Part shown: positions 9,810 through 19,394 of the stretch, one piece after another | Numbering within the stretch: position 1 is the stretch's first letter | How the letters are laid out: each line of letters starts with the position of its first letter | Assembly: GCA_040752695.1 (NCBI GenBank) | Contig: JBFMGO010000007.1 | Span: 32,370-96,369 of the forward strand | DNA length: 64,000 bases | DNA from: a bacterium | Lineage (GTDB): Bacteria > SZUA-182 > DTGQ01 | Direction of reading: 5' to 3' | Made by a program: the position numbers and the translations under genes | Notes under the pieces: generated by a model | Told to the model about the DNA's origin: nothing | What the model saw: only the letters and a program-made list of their open reading frames with translations | Database searches by the model: none

Positions 9810-10346
9810 TTAAGGAGGGGACATGACAGTGAGGTCGAATTGAACCTCTTCCAGACACACGTTTGCTTCAGCCTGATCTATAATTTTCAGGGTATTGGCT
9901 TTCAGTGAGGGGGTGGATTTCTCGAATATGGCCAGGAAGCGATAAAACGAGAGAAAATCGCCGTTGAGCCTGATGAGTAATGAGCCCTGCTGATACTGAT
10001 CGCTTTTCGGTATTAACTGGGGCTGTACCAGAATTACGGTGAGCCCTGCATCTTCAGCCATATTACTTAAACTCTGCATAAGATCCCACAGACGGTCGGC
10101 TTTGAAAAAGGCGGCTTCCAGAGATGCGATTTCCCGGTTTATTTCGTCCTTTGTCTGGTTTAACTGCTCTAATTTAGCTTCCATACCCTCCACCGAAAGG
10201 CTGCTTTCCGAAAGAATCCGTATTTCAGACCGCAGTTCCTTAAGCTTTCTATTGACAGGCCGCTGGAACATCAGAAGGTAGCCAAGAATAATCATAAGGC
10301 CTGCCGCAGCAAAGGTGATGTCAATCTGGCGCTGATTCAGTCGCAT
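9810..10346 (-). CDS. pilO: Type IV pilus PilO-like protein
   Basis: TM, coiled coil and IRLNGDFLSFYRFL ferredoxin-like motif; synteny. Confidence 0.78.
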   Translation of the reverse strand: MRLNQRQIDITFAAAGLMIILGYLLMFQRPVNRKLKELRSEIRILSESSLSVEGMEAKLEQLNQTKDEINREIASLEAAFFKADRLWDLMQSLSNMAEDAGLTVILVQPQLIPKSDQYQQGSLLIRLNGDFLSFYRFLAIFEKSTPSLKANTLKIIDQAEANVCLEEVQFDLTVMSPP

Positions 10347-10453
10347 GAGTTTTCAGTCTCTCTTACCTTACGGTATATTCCCGCCCCTTAATTTCGGAAA
10401 AAGGGGAGGAGGTATTTTCCAGGCTTAAAAAGATACGTTACCGGGCAATCTCC

Positions 10454-11041
10454 CTAATCCTGTCCCGTCCCCCGGTATATCAACGATATTTCAAAACTGA
10501 TAAAGGAATTCTCCTTTTTATCCATATCCGACCTGATCAGCCTGATTTCCTGAAAGGATTTGTCCTGTTGCAGGTGCAGGAGAAAATTGCTCAGGCTTTG
10601 ATACGACTGGCTTATTCCCTGCAAGGTAAGTTCATAGTAATCCGCCGTCTCTGAAGAGGCAGTGCTCTTCCCCCTGTGCACCTGAAGATGGACGAGTCTG
10701 GTCTTTGTATCCATGTCCCGAGCCAGATTGATCAGGATAGGAGTAAAGCACTGTTTCCGTGTCAGGTTCAACAAAGCATCCCTTTTTTTCTGGACATCCT
10801 CGATGCCCTGATAGGTTGCGACCAGCCTGGCTCCCGCCTGTTTCATCTCGCGGTTATGGATACGCCGGGTTGCTGCCCTGCCCTCCACCCTCCTGAGATA
10901 GCTATAAAAGACTATTCCCAGAAAGCAGAAACAGACGATCTGACAGGCGATGAGAATCGACCATTTCCTGATTCTCCGCCGGTTTCTCTGGTCCCCGACT
11001 ATCTCAGGTGGAACGAGATTGATGTCATTCACTCCCGGCAT
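10454..11041 (-). CDS. pilN: Type IV pilus PilN-like protein
   Basis: N-terminal INLVP motif, TM and LTLQGIS...LSNFL; follows pilM. Confidence 0.85.
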   Translation of the reverse strand: MPGVNDINLVPPEIVGDQRNRRRIRKWSILIACQIVCFCFLGIVFYSYLRRVEGRAATRRIHNREMKQAGARLVATYQGIEDVQKKRDALLNLTRKQCFTPILINLARDMDTKTRLVHLQVHRGKSTASSETADYYELTLQGISQSYQSLSNFLLHLQQDKSFQEIRLIRSDMDKKENSFISFEISLIYRGTGQD

Positions 11042-11107
11042 TTTTTAGAGCCTCTCGAAATGCATTGAAATCTCCCTTCTTGCCCCCTTGAAAAAAGGAG
11101 GAAATTT

Positions 11108-12229
11108 TCAGCGATCGCTGACGGAGAGCGGCTTACTTACCTGGCTGCTCTTAATCCCTCGCAGGGCCAGCCCCAGGGCGACCTCGAAAAAAGGGTATGC
11201 CTCTTCCAGTTCCTTTACCGGGGGTACATCATGCCAGACCGTAATGTGTATGCCGGTCCTTTGCTGGATGAATTGATCAAGACCCCTGATCATGGATCCT
11301 TCTCCGATCAGGAGTGCCCGGTCGATCACCCGCTGCTGGACCATAGAAACACAATAAGAGAGGACTTTCTGAATCTCCTGACAGAAATCCTCAAGAGCCG
11401 GGCTGAGTACTTCGGTTATTACCTGACACCGGCTGCGCCAGAGTGAATCTCCTTCACCCGGTAAAGAGTCGGTTTTTTCCCCTCCGGGATGCTCTCCTCT
11501 CCCCGGATCAACTCCGTAGTATCGAAGAACATGATTCACCCTTCCTCCTTTTAATCCCAATAAGTTCCCCACCCTTTCTTTTATGGCGTTGATACCCCAG
11601 TTCAGTTCCCGCACCACCAGGATCTGTTCGTCCACCAGCACCATGAACATGGCGTCATTCTCTTCCAGAGAAAAGACGAATTGGTCTTTCAGGGGCTCCC
11701 CTTGCTGAGCCCATTGAATTGCCCGGAACAAAGCGCAGTAGCGGGGCTCGATAACGGATGCCTCCAATCCTGCTGCCTTGAAAAGGTTCAGGTATTTTAA
11801 GATATCCTCTCTTTGTGCAGCCATAAGGAGAGCGGCCAGCGTCTGCACCTTGGTTTGTTGTGATCTTTGGTCGGATGCGGGAAGGTTAAGGTAATCGATG
11901 ACGCCGTTCTCCAGGGGGAACGAAAGATAGTTGCGTGCCTCGCGAAGAATGGCCTGATCCGTTCCTTCTCCCTCTTTGAGGGTAAATTTAATCGGAATCG
12001 TGGTAACCAGGCTGTTAGGCAGGGCAGCCATGACCTGATTGCCTTTGTACTTTCCCCTGGATAAAAGATTTCGCAGCGCATCGGTCAATCCTTTTTCGTC
12101 CTGATGGCAGTCCAACACGGTTTGAGATGCCTGGTGAATCGAAAGGCTTTCCTTCTGCCATCTAAGCTGCAAAAGTCTTATCCTGTCTGAAGCTATATCG
12201 AGGCCGATCACCGAGTAGTTTCTCTTCAT
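11108..12229 (-). CDS. pilM: Type IV pilus PilM (actin-like)
   Basis: VIGLDIAS, YLSFPLENGVIDY, LIGEGSMIRGL, VALGLALRG. Confidence 0.88.
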   Translation of the reverse strand: MKRNYSVIGLDIASDRIRLLQLRWQKESLSIHQASQTVLDCHQDEKGLTDALRNLLSRGKYKGNQVMAALPNSLVTTIPIKFTLKEGEGTDQAILREARNYLSFPLENGVIDYLNLPASDQRSQQTKVQTLAALLMAAQREDILKYLNLFKAAGLEASVIEPRYCALFRAIQWAQQGEPLKDQFVFSLEENDAMFMVLVDEQILVVRELNWGINAIKERVGNLLGLKGGRVNHVLRYYGVDPGRGEHPGGEKTDSLPGEGDSLWRSRCQVITEVLSPALEDFCQEIQKVLSYCVSMVQQRVIDRALLIGEGSMIRGLDQFIQQRTGIHITVWHDVPPVKELEEAYPFFEVALGLALRGIKSSQVSKPLSVSDR

Positions 12230-12356
12230 TCCCGCTCTCTTTCGTCATTCACAAGAAACAGGGAGTCCCGCTGGCAGCCAGGGTCCAGTCTTTTCATGGA
12301 GATTGCTTTCGTCGCGTACATCGCTCTTATGCAGGGTGCTCTTTCGGCCATCATGG

Positions 12357-13397
12357 CTACGGCCTCCTCCAATCCAGGTAATAGACAGTCAGTTTGGGGC
12401 TGAGGGCAGGGTTAGTTGTATTGGCACTGCTGTGGAACCTGTATTCGTAGTTGCCGGACTGGGAAGATGCCTCCAGAATCAGGCCATAGTTCGAAGATGG
12501 ATATTTCATCCAGAAGCGGGTCAGGCCGGTGGCGTGCCAGGTTTGCCATCCCAGGTCTGTAAAGGTGCGGCTGTCTTCGGAACCGGCATTAAAATCACCG
12601 CCTGGCGCGGCCCAGGGGTGATAATTGTACCGGTTTCTCCATGTCGTTTCCAGATCTATCCATCGATTGGTGATCCTATGGAGGCGATAGCTGACTTGTG
12701 GCCAGTTTAAAGGGTCATCCGAAGGACCCTTAAACAGATAAAGAGAAAACCGGCTCGATACGATCGCGGCATCAGCAGGCAGCGGGTATTTCCCGAGATC
12801 GAAACGGACAAGGGTCCGATACAGTTTGTTCGTTTCGCTGTCCAGCATGAGTCTTTTCGGCTCGTTGTCCTCATACTTATCGTCCTCATGCTCGTCGGAG
12901 ATATAGGTATCCTCCCCTCTGAAAATGCCGCTGCTTTGCGGCTGAATCGTCAGCCAGAAAACGTTTCTTCCCGCGGATGATTTCGTTCCCTGAGCCACTG
13001 CCCGGCTATCGATAGAGACGCAGTGACGGGGGATATCCTCAGTGAAGGAAACCGTATAGGAGCCGTCACCCAATGAGAGATCAGTCATTTGAGCCCGCCA
13101 GTTCGGGTCCTGCGCCAATTGCCATAACCCGTGGGCAAGGCCGGCTTCGGCCAGATACAAAGCCTTTACTTTTTTTATCCGGTTAAAGGCCATCATGGTC
13201 TGAATACCCCTGGACTGGGCCAAAAAAAAACAGACCATTTCCAGGATGAATACGGTAACCAGGACCATAGCCAGGGCAAAACCGGACTGCTCGGTAAAAA
13301 CGAGCCTTTGAGAGAGAACCTTTTTCTCTTTCATCGATGTACTCTTTTTCTGAATGGGCTGCTTCCTCTTGTCCTCCCCTTGCCAGCGGCTATCCAA
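12357..13397 (-). CDS. PilX/GspK-like minor pilin with C-terminal DNRLRE-like domain
   Basis: GFALAMVLV (no Glu5), ALYLAEAGL; C-terminal EDTYIS...RTLVRFDL...PGGDF...NYGLIL...FHSS...PKLTVYY. Alternative start 13334. Confidence 0.75.
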   Translation of the reverse strand: MDSRWQGEDKRKQPIQKKSTSMKEKKVLSQRLVFTEQSGFALAMVLVTVFILEMVCFFLAQSRGIQTMMAFNRIKKVKALYLAEAGLAHGLWQLAQDPNWRAQMTDLSLGDGSYTVSFTEDIPRHCVSIDSRAVAQGTKSSAGRNVFWLTIQPQSSGIFRGEDTYISDEHEDDKYEDNEPKRLMLDSETNKLYRTLVRFDLGKYPLPADAAIVSSRFSLYLFKGPSDDPLNWPQVSYRLHRITNRWIDLETTWRNRYNYHPWAAPGGDFNAGSEDSRTFTDLGWQTWHATGLTRFWMKYPSSNYGLILEASSQSGNYEYRFHSSANTTNPALSPKLTVYYLDWRRP

Positions 13398-13403
13398 CGG
13401 ATT

Positions 13404-14252
13404 TTAATGGATGATGCCCTTTAAATAGACCTGGCTCTCGATGCGAACCTCCTCCCCATTGGAAGTAGTCACGCCCAGGGTCAAAGAGACGCCCGAAATA
13501 GTGCCTGACTCTATCCGGGTAACCTGAAAAATCGTCACCCCTTCAAGAAGAATTTCGGCCTGCCCGGTACAGTACCTTTCCATCAGGTTGCTATTAGGAT
13601 CAAGGTAATAAACCCAATATTCAACCGGATCTTCGTCTATCAGGCCATCCTCATCATCGTCACCGGTATTTCTCTCATCGATCTGTCCATTGCCGTTATC
13701 ATCCTTGCCGCTCACTCCCGAATACCCGTCATCGTTGATATCCCCGCCCGGATCCTCATCTCTGTAACCATCTCCATCATGATCCTGCCCATCCATAGGA
13801 TCCTCGTTCACCTGCCACCACCAAAAGAAACGAAAGCCATCCTCATCATCGTCACTGCTCGTGGTTTCGTCGATATCTCCGTCACCATCGTCATCGATGC
13901 CCGAAATACCCGGTGCGCCATCCCCGGTAACATCCGCCCCCGGATCTTCATCTATCAATCCATCTGCGTCGGTATCGACCATAGCCGAGAAAGCCAGTAC
14001 CTGCGAAGGATAGCCGGGACCTGAGCCTTTGAAAGGAAGCAGAAGCCGCATCGAGGGCCTGACCTTACTCAGGATATGATCCAGAGCCCAGCAGGCATTG
14101 TGCATAGCTTCACTTTGCTGCCTGCTGTAATTCCAGGACTCTACGGCGGTGACCAGAACCTGAGAGGTCACTCCGGCCAGAAGAGAGATAATACTCACGG
14201 CCACGAGTAATTCCAGCAAACTCAGCCCTGAATTTCCGATGTCCCTTAGCAT
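13404..14252 (-). CDS. Minor (pseudo)pilin, GspJ/PilW-like, with Asp/Gly-rich putative Ca-binding insertion
   Basis: Prepilin motif GLSLLELLVAV; multiple DxDGDGxIDED repeats. Confidence 0.8.
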   Translation of the reverse strand: MLRDIGNSGLSLLELLVAVSIISLLAGVTSQVLVTAVESWNYSRQQSEAMHNACWALDHILSKVRPSMRLLLPFKGSGPGYPSQVLAFSAMVDTDADGLIDEDPGADVTGDGAPGISGIDDDGDGDIDETTSSDDDEDGFRFFWWWQVNEDPMDGQDHDGDGYRDEDPGGDINDDGYSGVSGKDDNGNGQIDERNTGDDDEDGLIDEDPVEYWVYYLDPNSNLMERYCTGQAEILLEGVTIFQVTRIESGTISGVSLTLGVTTSNGEEVRIESQVYLKGIIH

Positions 14253-14255
14253 ATC

Positions 14256-14684
14256 CTACAATCCGTCAGCGCCCTGAGAAGGCATTTTAACCCTCAACGT
14301 CTCCAGCCTTATCTCTCCCGCCTGAAGAAGAACATGCTTCAGATCCGGATCCGGCGTGGAATCCCCGTCTGCGTCATAGGCAGATATACTTACCTGCCAG
14401 GGAATGCTCACCCCCAGGATTTGGCTGCCATTGGCGTCGGACATAAGGTTAAAATCCTGAGCCAGTATCTCCTCCATCTTGGCCTGAGCAAGATAGCTTT
14501 GCCGGGCCAGTATATTCCCATCGGATCCGATTTTGACGCTCCCGGCAAGGTTCTGGGTTATCGGGACCATAGCCACGGAAATAATGGCCATGGCCAGAAC
14601 CACCTCCAGGAGTGAAAAGCCCTGCTCTTTATAATACCTGTAGGAATCCATAATGATCCGCTGCCCGTAATCCGAGGCATTCAA
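14256..14684 (-). CDS. Minor (pseudo)pilin, GspI/PilV-like
   Basis: Prepilin motif GFSLLEVVLAM; YLAQAKMEEI. Confidence 0.82.
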   Translation of the reverse strand: MNASDYGQRIIMDSYRYYKEQGFSLLEVVLAMAIISVAMVPITQNLAGSVKIGSDGNILARQSYLAQAKMEEILAQDFNLMSDANGSQILGVSIPWQVSISAYDADGDSTPDPDLKHVLLQAGEIRLETLRVKMPSQGADGL

Positions 14685-15244
14685 TCGCCGGTAAAGGCTA
14701 CCCTGCCGATTCTGCTGACCGTAATGGTGTAGGAGGAATCGGCTCCCGCAAGGGTGATCCGTCCCTCATGGTTCGGCTCTCCCATCGAATTGAACTCTAC
14801 CCACGGATTTCCTCCAAAATCAGCTTCGGTAATACGGCTGTCACTCGTTAATCCCTCCTGATTCATTCTGGTTATATAGGGTTTTTTCAGCAATGGGTTT
14901 AACAGCACATTATTCGGATCAACAACAGGTGCCCCCTGTGCGTCATAACCTTTCTGCAGATAGCAGGTAACTTCCTGGCTGCCTTCGGTTAAATCAAAGA
15001 ACAGGCCGAAGCTGCAGTTTTGGTTTAAGGCCTGCTGCTGCGTATAGGTAAGCGCTGTAAATATTTCGCGCGCTTTTTTCTCCAATCCCATCTGAAAGAG
15101 GAATGCCGAGAAATGCGGCATTACCACAGACAGTAAGATAGCCAGAATGAACAATACCCAGGTCAGTTCCAAAAGGGTGAAACCCTCTTGTGCGGTTCGT
15201 GTCATACGGCACCATGCAGGCCGAGTGCATCCTCCTTTGTGCAT
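14681..15244 (-). CDS. Minor (pseudo)pilin, GspH/FimT-like
   Basis: GFTLLELTWV; C-terminal VEFNSMGEP...TITVSRIGRV. Confidence 0.82.
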   Translation of the reverse strand: MHKGGCTRPAWCRMTRTAQEGFTLLELTWVLFILAILLSVVMPHFSAFLFQMGLEKKAREIFTALTYTQQQALNQNCSFGLFFDLTEGSQEVTCYLQKGYDAQGAPVVDPNNVLLNPLLKKPYITRMNQEGLTSDSRITEADFGGNPWVEFNSMGEPNHEGRITLAGADSSYTITVSRIGRVAFTGD

Positions 15245-15259
15245 CAGGCATGTATACTT

Positions 15260-15772
15260 TTAATATTGGTCATACCCAGTCGTATTGGCAATAAATTCAC
15301 CCGTTTTGGACACGTATTTCCATCCGGGATTATTCGGGTCTGCCGCGTCTGCCGCAACGGTGCCTATGGTCGTGAGCGCAGAATCTATCGTAATCTGATC
15401 TGCTACCTCAGCCTTGGCAAAGGGATTTTTCGGAAATCCCTGTTTGAGATAAGGGCCATACTTATAAGTGGTTGTTTTCGTCCTGCTTACATTTCCAGAC
15501 TGATCCGTATACTGAGTCAGTTGTGCTTCAAAATTATTGGGATCAGGGTATTTGCCGTCGTGCTGGACGAGATAGAGCTCCAACGCACCCCGGATGCCGT
15601 TTAAGTTAGACTTTAAGGCAGATACTTTGGCATCCTCTGAAGAACTGGTAAACTGAGGGATAACCACTGCCGCTAAGATGCCCAGAATAATAACGACCAT
15701 CAAGAGCTCGATTAAGGTAAAACCATCGTTTTGCAAAAGTCTCTCCCTGGCGATTTGAACCTTCTTCATCAT
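15260..15772 (-). CDS. gspG: Major pilin/pseudopilin (GspG-like)
   Basis: GFTLIELLMVVIILGILAAVVIPQF, ALELY, YGPYL..FP.NPF; AAGGAGG RBS. Confidence 0.85.
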   Translation of the reverse strand: MMKKVQIARERLLQNDGFTLIELLMVVIILGILAAVVIPQFTSSSEDAKVSALKSNLNGIRGALELYLVQHDGKYPDPNNFEAQLTQYTDQSGNVSRTKTTTYKYGPYLKQGFPKNPFAKAEVADQITIDSALTTIGTVAADAADPNNPGWKYVSKTGEFIANTTGYDQY

Positions 15773-15923
15773 TTTATCCTCCTTGCCTTGTTAACCGGTT
15801 TTACTATGGGAGAAATAAAAAGTTATTCATGACTGCATAAGCGTCAACTGCCCACCCGCCCGGCATCCGGCTTATGCCTTATGGTTTTTTTTGTTCAGTC
15901 AGTGGAAAATGCCATTCACCTCC

Positions 15924-17066
15924 TCAACTTACGCCGCTCGACAGTCGGAAAATAGGGATAATGATTGATAGGACAATGATGCCTACGATGATTCCCATAA
16001 AGACGATGATAACCGGCTCGAGAATAGTGCAAAAGGCTTCCATACCTTTCCGGAATTCCTGGGCATAATGCTCTCCAAGCCGTATGATGACCAGATTCAG
16101 GCTGCCCGTTTCCTCTCCCGTTTGCACCATCTCTCTGACCGTTATGGGTAAAAAGGATTGTTTCCGAAAGGGCGCGGCAAAGCCCCTTCCTTTCTCTGCA
16201 CTGTCAATCAGTTCCTGGACAAACTTCTGAAACACTGCATTGCGGACAAGAGATTTGGTAATCATAAGCCCTTCCAGAAGCGGGACCCCGCCGTTCATGA
16301 GAAATCCTAATGTTGACAGGAAGGTGGAGGTATAGAACTGAATCAGCATCCTGTTTAAAACAGGGATTCTCATCTTCTGGTTTTCAAAGAATTCAACGGC
16401 CTTCTTGTTTCTAAAAAGTGCCCATAACGCCAGACCCGCAGCAATCAGCCCGATGAACACTACGTACCAGTATCCCCGCAGGGAACGGCTCAACCACATG
16501 AGAAAGCGTGTGTTCCAGGGTAAAAGGGCCTCCTTGCCCTCCAGGAACAAGGCCAGCTTGGGAAAAACATAAACGATAACGAAGCAGACAACCAGAAAAG
16601 CGAAGATCATCAAGACCACCGGATAGGTCAACGCCTTTTTGATGGCACTCAGATACTCCTCCCTCTGGTGGTGGTATTCAGCTAATTGCTTCATCATGTG
16701 CTTCAGGAAACCACCACTTTCGCCAGCCTTGATCATGCTGATAAACAGCGGGGAAAAAACTTCCGGATACTTTGCCAGTGCATCGGAAAAAAGGTACCCC
16801 GACTCGATCTGCTCCAGGTTTTTCTCGATGATTTCCTTAAAATAAGGATTTTGAACCTGTGGAGCCAAAACTGCCAGTGCCCGGTTGAGGGGATGGCCCG
16901 TTTCCAGCATCAGAGACAGTTGAGAGGTAAACATCATTAATTCTTTACCCTTCACTCGCTTATGCCAGGGGAGATAGGAGAGAAGATCCTTTTGCCTTTC
17001 GTGTTGTCCGGCATCCAGGTCTTTACTTTTCGCCTTCAGCTTCGGTTGTGTCACACTTACAGCCAT
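15924..17066 (-). CDS. pilC: T2SS F / PilC inner-membrane platform protein
   Basis: FTSQLSLMLETG, AGESGG, ALTYP, GEETGSL, LEP. Confidence 0.93.
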   Translation of the reverse strand: MAVSVTQPKLKAKSKDLDAGQHERQKDLLSYLPWHKRVKGKELMMFTSQLSLMLETGHPLNRALAVLAPQVQNPYFKEIIEKNLEQIESGYLFSDALAKYPEVFSPLFISMIKAGESGGFLKHMMKQLAEYHHQREEYLSAIKKALTYPVVLMIFAFLVVCFVIVYVFPKLALFLEGKEALLPWNTRFLMWLSRSLRGYWYVVFIGLIAAGLALWALFRNKKAVEFFENQKMRIPVLNRMLIQFYTSTFLSTLGFLMNGGVPLLEGLMITKSLVRNAVFQKFVQELIDSAEKGRGFAAPFRKQSFLPITVREMVQTGEETGSLNLVIIRLGEHYAQEFRKGMEAFCTILEPVIIVFMGIIVGIIVLSIIIPIFRLSSGVS

Positions 17067-17174
17067 AGATAATCTCCTGAGCAGGGTTTTTTCATTTTCC
17101 CCTTTTCGTAAGAGACGCTGTTTCCTTCAGCGGCGAAGTGACAAAAATTCCCCCCCCCCGCCCGCTCCCTTTTT

Positions 17175-18890
17175 TTAATCTCCAACCAGCACTGCCCGGT
17201 TGACCTCTTCGATAGTGCTGATACCGTCAAAGACTTTTTTGAGACCCTCGTCTTTCAAGGTCCTGCCTCCTTTTTTGGTCATGAGCTCTCTGAACTGGTT
17301 AATCCCTGCATCTTCCAGGATAAGGCGCTGATAGTCGGGATCAATTTCCAGAAGCTCGTAAATTCCTACTCTCCCCTTATACCCTGAGTCGTAGCATGCG
17401 GGGCAGCCTTCTCCTTTGGCCAACTGGAGGCTCTTTTCGTTTTCCCAGCCAAAGGACTTGAGAATACTTTGATGAGGATAATAAAGGGTTCTGCATTCCG
17501 GGCAGACCTTGCGGATCAGCCTCTGGGCAAGGACTGCCGTAAGTGATGAGGAAATCAGGCACGACTCGATGCCCATGTTCAAAAGCCGCGTAATGGCGCC
17601 GGGGCTGTCGTTGGTATGGAGGGTGGATAAGACCAGGTGTCCGGTAAGTGATGCCTGAATGGCGATTTCTGCGGTTTCCCGGTCCCTGATTTCACCGACC
17701 ATGATGATATCGGGATCCTGACGCAGGGTATGCTTCAGGATGCGGGCAAAAGAAAGGTCGATGGCCTCGTTCGTCTGGTTCTGGTTTATTATGTCCATAT
17801 GGTACTCCACCGGGTCCTCGATAGTGACGATATTCTTTTCCATCGTGTTGAGGAAATTGAGTGCGGAGTACAGGGTCGTTGTTTTGCCGCTTCCCGTTGG
17901 CCCGGTAACCAGGATCAGGCCGAAGGTATTTTTCAGGGTTTTTTTGAAGCGGGTCAACTGTTCCGGATCGAAACCGAGTTTGTTGATGTCCAGAATGGCC
18001 CTTTTGCTGTCGAGAATGCGAAGGACAACCTTCTCGCCCAGAACGCCGGGCAAAGAGGAAAAGCGCAGGTCTATCATTCTTCCTTCGGCCTTGATCTGGA
18101 TGCGGCCGTCCTGGGGCTGTCTGCGCTCGGCGATATCCAGATTGGCCATAATCTTCAGGCGGGAGATGACCGCCGGGAAAAGATCGGACCGGGGCGTCAT
18201 GACCTGATACAAAACACCATCGATGCGGTAGCGCACCCGGAATTTGTTCCGGTCCGGTTCCAGGTGTATGTCGCTGGCCCTGTCCTGGACCGCCTTGAGA
18301 ATGATCATGTTGACCAGGTTAATGATCGGGCTGTCTTCGGCCTGCGCCGATATACTCTGGTAGTCTTTATCGAGAGGGTTTTCTACCAGTTGCAGGTCAC
18401 TCTCTTCGAGATCCGCCAAAAAGTCGTCTACCTGAACGTTTTCCCTGTCCTGATAGTACTCTTCGATGGCCGACAGGATATCGTCCGTCCTGCAAACCAC
18501 GGGATTGATTTCACAGCCCGTCATCTTGGCCAGGGTATCGAAGACGAATATGGCCTGCGGGTCGGCAGTGGCGACCGCGAGCGTATTCTTCACCTTGAAC
18601 ATGGGGATGACCTGATAGAGTCTGGCCTTTTCCTGGGGAATGATATGGACGATTTTAGGATCCACCAGTCCCTTGCGCAGCCAGACATGGGGTATGCCCA
18701 GTTGCTCGCCCAGAATGGTATCGAGCGCCTCCTCGGAGATGAGTTTTTTCTCCAGAAGAATGCGGCCCAGCCGTTTGCCCGTCTCCTTCTGGGCTCTGAG
18801 GGCATCTGCCAGTTGCTCCGGGCTGATCAGGCCGGCATCAACCAGAAACTCTCCCAGTTTTTTCCTTCGGAATCCATTGATTACGGGCAT
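17175..18890 (-). CDS. pilB: GspE/PilB assembly ATPase with N-terminal MshEN c-di-GMP-binding motif
   Basis: KKLGEFLVDAGLISPEQLADALRAQ/KRLGRILLEKKLISEEALDTILGEQ, ASDIHLEP, GPTGSGKTT, LRQDPD, tetracysteine motif. Start taken at 18890 (GGAG RBS). Confidence 0.95.
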   Translation of the reverse strand: MPVINGFRRKKLGEFLVDAGLISPEQLADALRAQKETGKRLGRILLEKKLISEEALDTILGEQLGIPHVWLRKGLVDPKIVHIIPQEKARLYQVIPMFKVKNTLAVATADPQAIFVFDTLAKMTGCEINPVVCRTDDILSAIEEYYQDRENVQVDDFLADLEESDLQLVENPLDKDYQSISAQAEDSPIINLVNMIILKAVQDRASDIHLEPDRNKFRVRYRIDGVLYQVMTPRSDLFPAVISRLKIMANLDIAERRQPQDGRIQIKAEGRMIDLRFSSLPGVLGEKVVLRILDSKRAILDINKLGFDPEQLTRFKKTLKNTFGLILVTGPTGSGKTTTLYSALNFLNTMEKNIVTIEDPVEYHMDIINQNQTNEAIDLSFARILKHTLRQDPDIIMVGEIRDRETAEIAIQASLTGHLVLSTLHTNDSPGAITRLLNMGIESCLISSSLTAVLAQRLIRKVCPECRTLYYPHQSILKSFGWENEKSLQLAKGEGCPACYDSGYKGRVGIYELLEIDPDYQRLILEDAGINQFRELMTKKGGRTLKDEGLKKVFDGISTIEEVNRAVLVGD

Positions 18891-18909
18891 GGAAAACTCC
18901 GGACCACGG

Positions 18910-19245
18910 TCATAGAGAACTCCTGTAAGCTTTTTCCTGATCTGAGAAAATTTCGAAGACATTGGTCATTCTGGTCGCCAGAAAAATATCCATGATCAGG
19001 GGACCGGCATTAACCAGTTTGAGACTGCCGCTGGTTTTACGGAATTTCATAAGGGCGTCCCATAAAAGCTCCAGCCCTGCGCTATCGATCAGAGGGACCT
19101 CTTTCAAATCAATAAGGATCCGCAGATCTCCGTTGCTGAGGCATTGATCGAGCCGCTCTTTCAAAAGGCCCGCATGCTCCTCAACCAAAGGGCCAACTAG
19201 AGCCAGAATAGTGACTAAGCCTAATTTGGTTTCTTTGATTTTCAT
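18910..19245 (-). CDS. STAS domain protein (anti-sigma-factor antagonist-like)
   Basis: ILIDLKEVPLIDSAGL with the phosphorylatable Ser motif. Confidence 0.88.
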   Translation of the reverse strand: MKIKETKLGLVTILALVGPLVEEHAGLLKERLDQCLSNGDLRILIDLKEVPLIDSAGLELLWDALMKFRKTSGSLKLVNAGPLIMDIFLATRMTNVFEIFSDQEKAYRSSL

Positions 19246-19394
19246 CGCTCTTCAATCCCCCTCACCTTAAGGCCCTCTCCCCTAAAAGGGGAGAGGGGGC
19301 AGACTGCCCGCGGATTTCATGCGCGGTACCCTGAGAATCCTGCCATCGGGTTTTGCGTATCGCTTCATAGGTTGGGATATTTGGGCTAGATGCA

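Noticed and set aside
15830..15895. c-di-GMP riboswitch before the pilin
   Set aside because: A GCATAAG...CTTATGC stem exists, but the GEMM-type GGCAAA/GAAA/GACGCAAA pattern is absent.
17730..18995. 421-aa plus-strand ORF
   Set aside because: Antisense shadow of pilB; the same applies to 19401-20183, 42836-43714, 56306-57001, 58044-58925 and 62451-63095.
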